A stretch of DNA of 62,882 nucleotides, the filler included, from Lenisia limosa (lineage: Eukaryota > Protista > Breviatea), in the NCBI GenBank assembly GCA_001655205.1. It is 15 parts of 15 records of this genome, joined end to end, with 100 filler letters (N's around TTAATTAATTAA, not from the genome) between each part and the next. Parts side by side here need not be neighbours in the genome. Positions count along the whole stretch, not along the records: positions 22,224 to 29,333 come from LPNZ01006741.1; positions 29,434 to 32,165 come from LPNZ01005432.1; positions 32,266 to 35,185 come from LPNZ01009473.1; positions 35,286 to 40,067 come from LPNZ01010729.1; 11 more parts are not named here. One strand, given 5' to 3'. Position 1 is the stretch's first letter, and each line of letters begins with the position of its first letter. Positions 25,606 through 37,700 of this stretch are shown here, in pieces. The notes below the pieces were generated by a model. That model ran no database searches. It saw only the letters and a list, made by a program, of their open reading frames with translations, and was not told the origin of the DNA. The position numbers and the translations under genes were made by a program.

Positions 25606-27338
25606 TCACAGGTTCAAGTGATCCAGATTAAACTCCCTGTACCGTTAAAGAAGAGTCCAATCAACTTTACATCATCGATACACCGGAAACAATACGACCC
25701 ATCCACAACCCCCCACTTAAGCCGTTGCGGGGCCTCTAGCTGGGTATCTAGGTCCCAGGATGTTGATGCCACTTCTATTCTCGCGGACATCTTGTCTAAT
25801 GTGTCCTGCAAAGGACGGTAAAAAGAGGCTCAATGTTTGATGTTGGGCCAGGCGCCAAGTAATATTATTTTCACAACTATTTGATATCATGTTCTTAAGT
25901 CAATAATATAATATGTATTACATAATATTAAGCTGTGTGCAGAGATGTAAGGCAAATGATTGGGTGAATTAATAATTACTAGAATCCAATATCTCTTATT
26001 AGCGTNNNNNNNNNNNNNNNNNNNNNNNNNNNNNNNNNNNNNNNNNNNNNNNNNNNNNNNNNNNNNNNNNNNNNNNNNNNNNNNNNNNNNNNNNNNNNNN
26101 NNNNNNNNNNNNNNNNNNNNNNNNNNNAAAATTGTGTCCGAAAAGTCGTTGTCTGATTAAGGGAATATTGGAATATGCATATCATATGAATATTATATAC
26201 TATTACAGCAGATCCTGCACTCCCCCAAACAGCATTCAATTGACCCAACTTAATCAGTGCACTCGAAAGACTCCAATCACATAAAGGTCCCTCAATATGA
26301 TTTGATACTGCATCATTACTATGATATATAATATGATTGGATAGTTTGTATAATGAGGGAAATCCACTCACCGCAGAAATTGGGTACAATAATCAAGCAC
26401 CAAAGAGTATGCATCATAACATCATATTATAGCAGAATAATAGTCGTTAATAAAGTGTAATTGAAAACACAATCCATCCCCTCCTTCCTCACCTTCAACA
26501 TATCTCCAAACTCAAGATTATATGTCCTTCCTCACCTTCAACATATCTCCAAACTCAAGCGCCATTTCCTCCATTTTTTGTTTTTGGTCTGCTATCAATT
26601 GGTCTCTGGATGATATTTGTTTGTCTTTAGCTATTTTTGTTTCTTCAAGCGCAATTTGAGCCATTTCTAAAGGGTCAATATTGAGAAATGGCAAATCTCC
26701 GTCAAACATTATGTTGAGAAAGGATATTGATCAAAATAGAGAAAAGAATCCCCTTTTATAAAAATATCAAAAACGATGTGCCTTTGGAGAGGCTTCCAAA
26801 GTTTTAAAAAAACATACCCAAACTATCAGTCAGCTCCTGTACATGGGTTTCAAGAATGTTAATGCGACTGATAAGATCATCCTGCATTGCTTTGTACTGT
26901 CTCGTCATATCCGCCACAATATCTACAGGGTCAAAGATGGAAAACAAACAAACCGTCACGAAGCTCCTTCTCTTTCTCAAAGTCATCATGGTACTCCGTC
27001 ACTCTTTGCCTCAGCTCGTTTCGTGATGCTGTTGACCTGCTGCTTTGCTCCGATCGGAGCACTGCAAAGATAACTACAGAAGAACACAGAGAGGGAAATC
27101 ATCATAAACAATACAAACCCGAAATAGGGCTGTGTAAATAGTGCCCCTCACGCAAATCCCACTCAGTTCTCTCTCAAGTGCCTCAACTCGGACCGTCATT
27201 CGTCGGAGCTTCTCCTCTGTTGTCATACCTTCAAGACCATCACTGTCTGAAACATGAAAAAAAAAGATAGCGAAAACCTTTTGTTCGTTTTTTGGTCACT
27301 TTCTTTCGTGAAGCAGTCTTCATGGGTGATGATGACAT
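25606..27338 (-). CDS. CCDC153: CCDC153/DRC12-like coiled-coil flagellar protein, apparently complete
   Basis: RVEALEREL, NELRQRVTEYHDDFEKEKE, ADMTRQYKAMQDDLISRINILE, QKMEEMALEFGDMLK-DTLDKMSARIE; ATG at 27338, TGA at 25606-25608. Confidence 0.7.
25930..26005 (+). mobile_element. Family B copy truncated by a gap
   Basis: AGCTGTGTGCAGAGATGTAAGGCAAATGATTGGGTGAATTAATA..TCCAATATCTCTTAT. Confidence 0.75.
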
Positions 27339-27812
27339 TATTGGATACAATGGATTTTTGTTTGGTCCCAAGTTGGTACTGGAAAAGAGGGATAATGTAC
27401 AACTGATGAAGGGCGTGGGATCTGAGAGGAGGAAGGAAGTTTTTGTTCTTTTTGACAATCCACTGCGGTATTCAAACAAACTCAAGCGTACAAAGAGGGC
27501 AAAAAAGGGGAGGTTTTTTCTGAAGAAAGGTAGTAGTGGTGGTCTTACGTTTCCCTATTTTCCCCCCTTTTTCCACCCTCTTTCCTGATCCGCCGCCGGG
27601 TCCTCCTCTCTGGCTCAAGAAAGATGAAATCAGAGTTAGACCCGCCGGCGAACCAGGGAACATACTCTCCTGCTCTGCCTCTCTCTCCGCCCTCTCCGCC
27701 TCTCTCTCTCTTTGCTCTTTGCACTACAGATAAACACATAAATTGATAATAAAAGTAATAATAGAGAATAAAAAACGAAAAACGTTGAAAGACGCAAAGT
27801 GATTACGACACA
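27339..27812. promoter_or_regulatory. Putative bidirectional promoter, CCDC153 / ACCS-like
   Basis: Divergent ATGs 474 bp apart; GC-rich and TC-rich patches. Confidence 0.5.
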
Positions 27813-29181
27813 ATGTCTCATGAAGGTAAGTTGTTTGACTGAGTCAGACTTTTTTTTTTGTTTCAGCACTAACCTTTGAAGATGTTGTTGAAAGGGGTCG
27901 GTACTTTACTTCGAAAGAGCTCCCTGCTCTCATCAAAGGAGCTATTCAGTGTGCCATGAACCCATACTCAGAAGACAATGTCGAAGGTGGTAGTTACGGT
28001 GGTGAAGGGAGTCTTATCACCCAGGATTGATTAATGTTGGCACGGCCGAAAATAGTCTGATGTGGCCTGAAATTAAGGAAAAGCTAGCCAATTCGAGAGA
28101 CATCAACCTTCAAACTACCAAGTTGGTTTACGACTCAAATAATGATTTGAATTGGTTTGGAGTATGGGCATATATACATATATCGATATATGCATATAGT
28201 AAATATCATACGGGATATATTATAGTATGATATAACTATTAGTATATATATCATATCAATATATACATATCATATCTATAGTATATATCATATAGTATCT
28301 ATCATATAGTATCTATCATATAGTATATATCATATATAATATAGTATACTATAATATATCATATTCTATTATATAGTATATATATATGGTATGATTTGTT
28401 TCTATGGTACCATTTTAAGAAATAGTATGTAATATTCTATGTAGTCAAAATACAAAAACGCTTACAGTAAATTTTTTTTCTCGTATATGGCATCCTGATG
28501 TTTGAGGTACGACGCTGGATCAGGTCGTTTCGGGTTCAAGCAAGCTCTTTCCCCCTTTATGAACGAAACTTTTGGTGAGTGAGTGGGGGTTGTTGTTTCA
28601 GCGTTTAATTGGGGAAGGCAATTATGTAAAGTGTATTTGCTTTTATTGACATCCACCTATTGATCTGTCAGGTGTTGGAACGTCAGTCGATAGCATTGCG
28701 GTTGCTTCAGGCTCGTCAGCGCTTCTTGAGATTCTTTTCTATTGTCTTTGCAACAAGGACGAAGGAGTACTTGTGCCCTCACCCTATTACGGAGGCTTTG
28801 ATTTCGATTTACCTGCAAGAGCTGGTGTAAAGGTCTGCTCTTCACCGTCATAAATGGTCTAATTATAGGTATTTGTTTTGTTTTCTAATTGTCCCATTTT
28901 TAGGTTGTTCCTGTGCCCACCACCTTTGAAAACAATTGGAGATGCACAACTGAGAGTTTACAGGCTGCTTACGACCAGGCTGAAAAGGCTGGTATCAAAA
29001 TNNNNNNNNNNNNNNNNNNNNNNNNNNNNNNNNNNNNNNNNNNNNNNNNNNNNNNNNNNNNNNNNNNNNNNNNNNNNNNNNNNNNNNNNNNNNNNNNNNN
29101 NNNNNNNNNNNNNNNNNNNNNNNNNNNNNNNNNNNNNNNNNACCACACAACCCCGTCGGCACTGTTCTTGGAGATGAGGAG
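27813..29181 (+). CDS. ACC-synthase-like PLP-dependent class I/II aminotransferase, 3' truncated
   Basis: MNPYSEDNVEG-LINVGTAENSLM, GRFGFKQALSPFM, CLCNKDEGVLVPSPYYGGFDFDL, PHNPVG. Confidence 0.85.
28170..28400. repeat. Degenerate AT-rich ATATC/ATAGT simple satellite in an intron; similar tracts at ~19580, 44905, 60060, 62128
   Basis: Direct inspection. Confidence 0.75.
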
Positions 29182-29793
29182 GTTGGAATGCAATCTTTTC
29201 TTGTTCCCTCTTACCTCGAGTCCGCAATATCATATAGTATATATAGTATATCATATACTATACATATCATATGATATATCACACCGTCCATATATCTGTG
29301 AATTTTCCTCCATCTGTGAATTTATTTGAATTGNNNNNNNNNNNNNNNNNNNNNNNNNNNNNNNNNNNNNNNNNNNNTTAATTAATTAANNNNNNNNNNN
29401 NNNNNNNNNNNNNNNNNNNNNNNNNNNNNNNNNGGGAAATGACCCTCAAATTGTCATAGAAATGTTATTAGTGCGGCATTACGCCAGCCAACCGTTGGGA
29501 TTGAGCCGAGTGAGACGAATGAAAATCCCATTATTCATGTGAGTTTTACTTTCAAAATAGAACGTAATGCGGCCAACCTACAACATAAGGAATTTAAAAG
29601 TGGAAGATGCCGTATTTATTTAGTGTGCCAAAATTCAGTATTCCTGACCAACTTCTCTGGACCTAATTTCGGCATCCAGTCCAAGTTCAATAGTACCATC
29701 ACCTGGATGGGATTAAAATGACCCAAGAGGAGACGGGAGGCTAATAAAATGTCAAAGGCAGTGTAGTTGAGCGTTTAATATACAAAATCAGGC

Positions 29794-32005
29794 TCACATT
29801 AAAACAGAAGAAAGCCAAAAAAACCCACCTTCATAAGTGAGAGTGTAGATGCCTTTAGGATAGTGTCCAACAAGGTCTCGCGCCATCAGGAAGCCAGCAG
29901 CTTGGTCGGCACCCAATGAGGTGATATAACTGTGTGAATGGTGATTCTTATCTTGGCGGAATCCAGGTTCAGGTGAGGGGGACTTATCTGATGAGCAAGC
30001 TTTTAGATGAGCCCTTATTATGGGGTAATTCAAATGTAGATGGGGTATTGATGAACCCCAGATTGTTTTTATTTTTTTATTTCGTTTTTTTATTTTTTTG
30101 AAATAGGTCTCCCAGTGCAAGGCAAACCATCCCACTCGCAGCCAATCGTGGCTCAAGTATGTTGGTAATGAAACTACTGATAATCTATAATATTATTCAA
30201 CTAAATGGTTGATGGGCTGTCTATTACAACAGCACCAACAATAGTATATGATATGTTAATACCGGTGAAATTTATGTAACTGTGAGGATAATCATGAAGG
30301 GGAACATGTGTAGGGATAAGTGAAGTGATAAAGCCCGAGTATCCTTATGCACCCGATGTGAAGGACTATTTTTATTCAAAGAAGACATCAGGAGAGGGAA
30401 GCTCATCATACCCCTTGTTGTTGGTGGGGTACACAGTTTCACGGTCCCACTCGAGCCATCCTTGGACCACAGTCTGTGAGACATATCTGTTAGGTGATAA
30501 AAAGTATGTACTCCTGTACGATCTTAGTGATTTTCACTCTTGCAAACAATAAAAGCAGTCCAAATGTAATCAAGTAAAACAAAAGCAAAGACTCAAACGA
30601 ACCTTCTAGAAGCTTTCATGACATCAACAAAAACCCAATTCGTTGACCAGTCAACAACTCCATCTAGATTGGTTCCGATCTAAGAAGATTAAAAAAACTG
30701 TTAAAACTATGAGTCTTTGACGATAATGACATTGGGAATAAACCATCTCCCATTGAGTTCAATCACCGACATCAGGGGAACAATCATTCGGTTTCGAAGT
30801 GACAGTAGTGCAGTCAGAGCCTGCGAATCTGGATTTTGATTGGAATATTGATACACGTGGGTTGAATCCCGAAAGAAGTTTGGTACGCTACATATGATAT
30901 TCCCTGTACTGAACACTATTTCATTCCACCCCCTCACCCTAACCAGCACACGCAGGAGCCGTCAACACAGTTGCCATTAACACATGAGGTGCAAGTGACA
31001 GGGGTGGGCTGGGGGTTATCGGCAGGCGTGAACGCGAGCGTTGAAACAACNNNNNNNNNNNNNNNNNNNNNNNNNNNNNNNNNNNNNNNNNNNNNNNNNN
31101 NNNNNNNNNNNNNNNNNNNNNNNNNNNNNNNNNNNNNNNNNNNNNNNNNNNNNNNNNNNNNNNNNNNNNNNNNNNNNNNNNNNNNNNNNNNNNNNNNNNN
31201 NNNNNNNNNNNNNNNNNNNNNNNNNNNNNNNNNNNNNNNNNNNNNNNNNNNNTTTGGGTGATGTCGTGTCAGATTCACTTTCCATAAGACCCTGGGGGAG
31301 GAGGTAGGGGTTAACGGAAGGAAAATGTCTTCCAAGAAATACGAGGGGGGTGTGAGAAATTTTTAGAGGGGCTGGTTACAAACTAATCCCAGGGAAATAA
31401 ACCTAAAAGCCAACAAATACCCAACATGCACTGCCAAAAACCTCTGCCCCTTCTCCACTCACAAGGGAGCAAGGACTGGTAGTGGCGTTACAAGGAATAT
31501 CACTTGAAATGAGGTAGTGTGTCATGACAAATGCTGTACCGCCAACTCTACGCCAGCGTTCAAAGTAATCTGAAGGTGTGACAACAGCATGCTTAGAAAA
31601 GGAGGTTGAGAGGGAGAAGTTTTAGGGATGAGGAAATGATCGGGCAGAAAGTAAACAAAGTAAGTACAAGAAAAAGATATGTGACTGAAAAAAAAAAGTG
31701 AAAAAGACTGTCAAAACAATAGCTCGTAATCCCGATGTTCAACCGGAGAGCTTACCAAGCCAAATTTGATGTGCTGCTTCAGATTTTAAGGCGCCATGGA
31801 ATGCATTCTCGAGCTGGGTTTCTTGAAGGGACAGATCATGATCGATCGAGGTGGGGGAGGATTTCTAGGGTGTGAGGTGAAAATATATCGCAAAAATCAA
31901 GAAAAAAAATTCAAGACTCAATTTCAAAAAAACAAACCGTTTTTCAGGGATCTCATACCTACCTTGCTTGTTCTCCAGCGATAGCCAAACTTGGTCAGCC
32001 GAAGA
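29794..32005 (-). CDS. Putative secreted or cell-surface protein with an EGF-like repeat; weak C-type-lectin-like segment
   Basis: PVTCTSCVNGNCVDGSCVCWLG after a Pro/Thr linker (~30940-31050); QVWLSLENKQETQLENAFHGALKSEAAHQIWLG exons; exon chain not fully resolved. Confidence 0.35.
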
Positions 32006-32490
32006 CTATACAGAGGTAAAGATAATATACATTAAACATCCATGAAATCAGAAAACTATGATGCAGTGTCTCAATTTAATAAAATTAAATACAAGGACAA
32101 CCGTAAAAAAAAGACTACCGAACCATCATTGACTTCGATTTCGAAAAGGTCCTTTTTTACCCTCCNNNNNNNNNNNNNNNNNNNNNNNNNNNNNNNNNNN
32201 NNNNNNNNNTTAATTAATTAANNNNNNNNNNNNNNNNNNNNNNNNNNNNNNNNNNNNNNNNNNNNAGTTATTATATGATGCAGTCTGGAGGGCCCATACA
32301 CACACCATCCCTACCACCACTACCACCCAACCCCTTACAGCCCGACAAACACCCGCGATACCCACCATACAGCTATGATCCTAGTTTCAATAGAGACTTT
32401 ACTGTATTTACTTTAACAACAAATACAGCGAAGATAACTCCGCCATACAGCTAGTCAGCCAATAGCTAGTCAGCGAATAGCCCCCCATAC

Positions 32491-35185
32491 AGCTTGTCAG
32501 CCTGCGACAAAGCGTCCTTCTTGCAGCCTGTTCCGTGTACGTCAATTTCAGTGTGGTACCGTCCGGTGAGTTTGACCCGGACTGGGGGGTTAGATGGGGG
32601 GGGGNNNNNNNNNNNNNNNNNNNNNNNNNNNNNNNNNNNNNNNNNNNNNNNNNNNNNNNNNNNNNNNNNNNNNNNNNNNNNNNNNNNNNNNNNNNNNNNN
32701 NNNNNNNNNNNNNNNNNNNNNNNNNNNNNNNNNNNNNNNNNNNNNNNNNNNNNNNNNNNNNNNNNNNNGTATTACTAGGACATAATCCCGCCCATCCCGC
32801 CCACATGATTAATATCGTCAAACCCGGCCTGTTTAAGGGCCTCCGCACAGGTCCCAGCAACAATCGTGGTAATCTAAAGTAGTCAAATAAGTGTCAATCA
32901 AACATAAACAAAGAAGTGGAAATCTAAAAAAAATGATAATCTAAAGTAATCAACAATCTAACCTAAAGCACTACAATTGCATTGTCAAATATTATAAAAT
33001 ATAACACTTTCGGTTCCGGCTTTCTCTCCGAAAATGAATCCGTGACTCGGTTCAGGTTATCTGAGAACCGAGAACCGGTGCGAAGCTTGAAATAACAGCA
33101 AAAGCACGAAGAAACAAGAAGAAGAAGAAGAAGAAGAACAAGCAACACAAGCACAAGCNNNNNNNNNNNNNNNNNNNNNNNNNNNNNNNNNNNNNNNNNN
33201 NNNNNNNNNNNNNNNNNNNNNNNNNNNNNNNNNNNNNNNNNNNNNNNNNNNNNNNNNNNNNNNNNNNNNNNNNNNNNNNNNNNNNNNNNNNNNNNNNNNN
33301 NNNNNNNNNNNNNNNNNNNNNCAAGCACAAGAACAAGAACAAGCACGCACAAGAACAAGAACAAGCACCCCACCTTATCAACATAAGCAAGAAGCTTAGC
33401 AGTTGCTTCCTTGCGGTGTTTGGCCTGGAACTCGACAAACTCGGCAAGAGTCACGGTTTTCTTCTTGTCAATGTGGAAGAGATCCAGGGTTGAAAGCTCG
33501 GCACAAATGCTTCGAACCTATTAGGGGGGAAGAAGTTATACACAAAAGGTAATAATTAAAAATTCCTAATAGTACCGCCCTCCCCCAAACGGTGAGAAGA
33601 CACTGACGGAGAACGGGCGACAGAATGAAGAGATCCTCACGTAACTTGGTCTCATGGATGGCCTAATGGGGGGGGGGTGAAATGAAGGAAATTTCGATGA
33701 AGAATATTGGCGTAAAGGTACTAATCACGAACCGATAAAACTCCAAACAGAAAACAAAAAACAAACAATAACAAACAGGTGAAATTGGCAAATTTAAGAA
33801 ACAAAAAAGCCCAATTCAACTCTGTTTGCTGATAAAACAAGAGGTAAAAAGAAGTAAATTTCGATGGCGTAAAAGGTACTCATCACGAACCGAATAGTAA
33901 AATTGGAAAATTTATGAAACGAAACAAAAATCACTCAGTTGGCGCATTTGGGAAACACACAAGGACTAAAAAAATTTGATTCTGGCTAAGGTGTCGAAAT
34001 CACTGGATAATTTGATACACATCATATCATCTGAATAATGACTATTTTAAAAGATGAACAACCCCCCACCATGGTGTGGCTACGAACGTTCTTACGCCAA
34101 ATGGTGAAGCTCTTCCATTTGCGGTAACGTGCAACCATGGGGACTGTGATCATTTTATGGAACAGCGAGTGTTCCCTCTCCCACTGCCAAGTATTAGAAA
34201 TGAGAAGTAAAAACAAGGTTGTATCTGGCCAAAGCTGATACATAAAACAATCCGCAATATTTAAGTAATATCATGTATTATGCCTATTATTGGGTAAGTT
34301 GGGTACTTTGATCATTAGGGATTCCCTACGGTCCGTAAAAGATAATGAAATATCAATATCATAGATGGATGTATCGAGAAATTTGCTGTTGTCACCCCNN
34401 NNNNNNNNNNNNNNNNNNNNNNNNNNNNNNNNNNNNNNNNNNNNNNNNNNNNNNNNNNNNNCTCGGCGGTTCCTGGTAACACCCTCGGACGACATGGTGT
34501 AGAAATCGTTCTTCGTAACTAAAGAAAAGCGGTCAAATGAACACTGATACCATATTTACAATAACCAAAGAAAATCGGTCAAATGAACATTGATGAACTG
34601 ATTTATAGAACGTCTATTCCCTCTGTTTCTCACCCTTCCCCCTTCCCAGAGTATTTACTCCATCATCAAATTCACAAAAAGTTGACTGAGCTTGACTTTC
34701 GATTACACGAGAGTGTATCAAAGTGAAGTCAAGAAAAATCGGAGAAATTCCCCACCTTTGCTGTGAGGAACGATCACGAGATCGTAGGGGTTGTAAGATG
34801 TGCTACTGGGCTTGGCGTTGATGAGGTAGACAAATCCGAGGTCCGTGCCGGGTTCGGCGTTCTGCACCTTACCTAAAGGGTTACTAATGCAACTATAACG
34901 TGGGCAAAAATGCTATTAGGGGGGCTACCCAATATGCTATTACACAAATAAGAGAATATGTTACCAGTATGGTGAATTGTTACTATCACTACTAAATATA
35001 GATAAAATGTTACAATGATATTCACGTGGTGCTAATGTAACTATTAACAATGCTCCTGAAATGCTCTCAATGCTCACGTATGAAGTGGAACGGCGATGTA
35101 GGGTCATGCTCTCTCCTGAGTTGTTTTACTGCTTCTTCACGCTCCTCATTGCGCATATGGACATTTATGTCAAAGGCTGTGCGGG
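32491..35185 (-). CDS. DNAH6: Axonemal inner-arm dynein heavy chain, DNAH6-like N-terminal region, partial
   Basis: GFVYLINAKPSSTSYNPYDL, FYTMSSEGVT, QWEREHSLFHKMITVPMVARYRKWKSFTIWRKNVRS, TLAEFVEFQ, LTYTEQAARRTLCRRLT follow the DNAH6 N-terminal motifs in order. Confidence 0.85.
33110..33365. repeat. (AAG)n/(AACAAG)n microsatellite spanning an N gap
   Basis: Direct inspection. Confidence 0.85.
33663..33945 (+). repeat. Family D/C mosaic (D-C-D-C) at a dynein acceptor
   Basis: CTAATGGGGGGGGGGGTGAAATGAAGGAAATTTCGATGAAG..; reverse complement ends CCCCCCCCCATTAG at the exon. Confidence 0.8.
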
Positions 35186-35323
35186 NNNNNNNNNNNNNNN
35201 NNNNNNNNNNNNNNNNNNNNNNNNNNNNNTTAATTAATTAANNNNNNNNNNNNNNNNNNNNNNNNNNNNNNNNNNNNNNNNNNNNCCCCCCCCCCCCCAT
35301 TATTTGATTCAATCAAGGCTCAC

Positions 35324-37494
35324 CAGTGACAAGCACCCATGGTCGCGCCTTATCCACGCTCTCTTGAGATCGCGGGGGGCTCCGGCCTGGGATAGGGTCA
35401 GGAATGAGTGGGGAGGCACGTGGAAAGCGGTTTATGTAGTGATTAGGAATCCCAAAAAGGACCAAATTACTCGATAAATCCTCAATAAATATCGATATTT
35501 CACCGGTCTTTTCGGACCGCAGGGAAGCCCTAATGGGAAGGAATGAGAACAGAAATTTAGTAGGTCATTCAGAGTCCTCGGTCCCTTGAAACGCCCAACT
35601 CATACCCCCTCCCTCCCACCATAAATCGGCACCGGAAAAGGTCCGATATCCAGGGGGTACTTCGGCCCTCGGATCTCAATCCACGTGGAGTAGCCACCAA
35701 GGGGCAGACACTGTCCTCTTCGGAGGCATCGGTGGCTGTTTTGGCTATATGATGAGGTTTAGATCATATTTGTCGTGTTTTGTCAAAATAGTGAGTGCAT
35801 TTACTATGTTTAGTTAATGAAAAGCCCCCCCCCCCCCNNNNNNNNNNNNNNNNNNNNNNNNNNNNNNNNNNNNNNNNNNNNNNNNNNNNNNNNNNNNNNN
35901 NNNNNNNNNNNNNNNNNNNNNNNNNNNNNNNNNNNNNNNNNNNNNNNNNNNNNNNNNTCCACTTGCGGCTACCCGAACTTTCAGCGTTATGGAGTGCGTG
36001 CTATGTTGCCGTAAGTATAGTCACCAAAGAGTTAACAATCGCAAGGATCCCAGTGATGTTAGACGAGTTCGCTCGAGAGTTGGCAAGCCTGGGATATATT
36101 GCGACTTTTGAGATCACAAAACACAAAACATAATGAAGGACAAAAAGTAATAGAGGAGGTCGCTAGCCCTGTTTATGGGGTATANNNNNNNNNNNNNNNN
36201 NNNNNNNNNNNNNNNNNNNNNNNNNNNNNNNNNNNNNNNNNNNNNNNNNNNNNNNNNNNNNNNNNNNNNNAAGAGTAGCATGAATATTGGAGATATGGTC
36301 ACCCCAATACCAGCACCATCACACAAATTCTATCCCTCAAACAGTCCATATTTTATCAGCCTCATCACCATGAAGAAGGGCAATGGGCAAGTCAAAATCA
36401 ACTTCCATTAGACCATCCGCTGCCTAGAATGTTAGATTACAACTTCATGAGACCCTCCATTCATGCTGACGGCGCGATCAAGGACGAATCATATTCTTTG
36501 TTTCTAGTAGTGAAACCCTGGTGCCAACAAGAGGAAGTGGGAGCTTAAAAAAGAGTGAACGTACTTAAAAATTAAAAGCGCTGATACGATATGAGGAACG
36601 ACTAGGTTGGAATCTCAGTATGATATGATAATGTTATTCATCACCAAAAGACCCCACACACACCCTAGAATCTTTATCGCATTTTTCTTCGTTTCTAGTT
36701 TTACACCCCCCCCCCCCNNNNNNNNNNNNNNNNNNNNNNNNNNNNNNNNNNNNNNNNNNNNNNNNNNNNNNNNNNNNNNNNNNNNNNNNNNNNNNNNNNN
36801 NNNNNNNNNNNNNNNNNNNNNNNNNNNNNNNNNNNNNNNNNNNNNNNNNNNNNNNNNNNNNNNNNNNNNNNNNNNNNACCTCGATTAGCATTCCAGATCA
36901 GTTCTATATTCCAAATTCCCCCAAATATCAGTTTAAATGTAGGAAGAAATGAAAATAGCGACAAAGAAAGCCCCATTTGCCCCACCTTCCCTCCGGTCTT
37001 CGAAGACATCCACAACTAAAATGCCCTGCAGTCGAGGCATTTCCAATGCTTGCGCTGCCCAGGTCCTGATCATGTGTCAGAAAAGCAATCATGATCATGC
37101 ATTCCCCGAATAGTTCACGGAACCCTGAAGGCCTCACGCAATTCATTTTGTAATAGTAAAGCAAAGATTCTCCAGGACGGTAGGTGGAAAAGACGTTCCC
37201 ACCGGTTGAATAAGTCTGATCGCATCACCCCAATGGTCTCGTAGGCTCCATGAACTCCATCCGGAAGTGGAAATGGTAATAACTCTCCAAATGATCCATC
37301 GATCGAGGCTTTATAGTAAGATATCTCAACAAACAGGACCTACATGAGCAACCTTTGGTGGTTGTCTCCGATAGAATTCGCAAACAGTGGTCTCCATGAA
37401 GTTCTGACGAAAGATGTGATAAGAAGGAGAAGCAAAACGGCAGAAATATGATAAGCAGTAAGAAAGGGGGAGAAATTGCCACTCTAGACCCCAT
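35324..37494 (-). CDS. NCSTN: Nicastrin-like (gamma-secretase subunit), N-terminal half
   Basis: Signal peptide then HCLRILSETTTKGCS (cf. PCVRLLNATHQIGCQS), DGLMEVDFDLPIALL (cf. NGLAYEDFSFPIFLL), CLRRGQCLPLGGYSTW, ARPWVLVT. Confidence 0.8.
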
Positions 37495-37700
37495 TTTGTC
37501 TCCTCATTTAGAGTTACATTTACTAAATGAGTAACTCTTGTTCAAGTTTCCAAAAGCATTTTGCATGTTTGCACTTTGCATTGGGATTGTTTAAATGATC
37601 AATAGGATCATTTCGACATTTGTGACAAAATTTTCCAATTTTTGGATATTTTTATGTTAGCGACTAGGTAAAGGGCTGAATCAAGTTAATAAATCAAAAT
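37495..37700. promoter_or_regulatory. Putative bidirectional promoter, nicastrin / NF1-like
   Basis: Divergent ATGs 206 bp apart. Confidence 0.55.
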
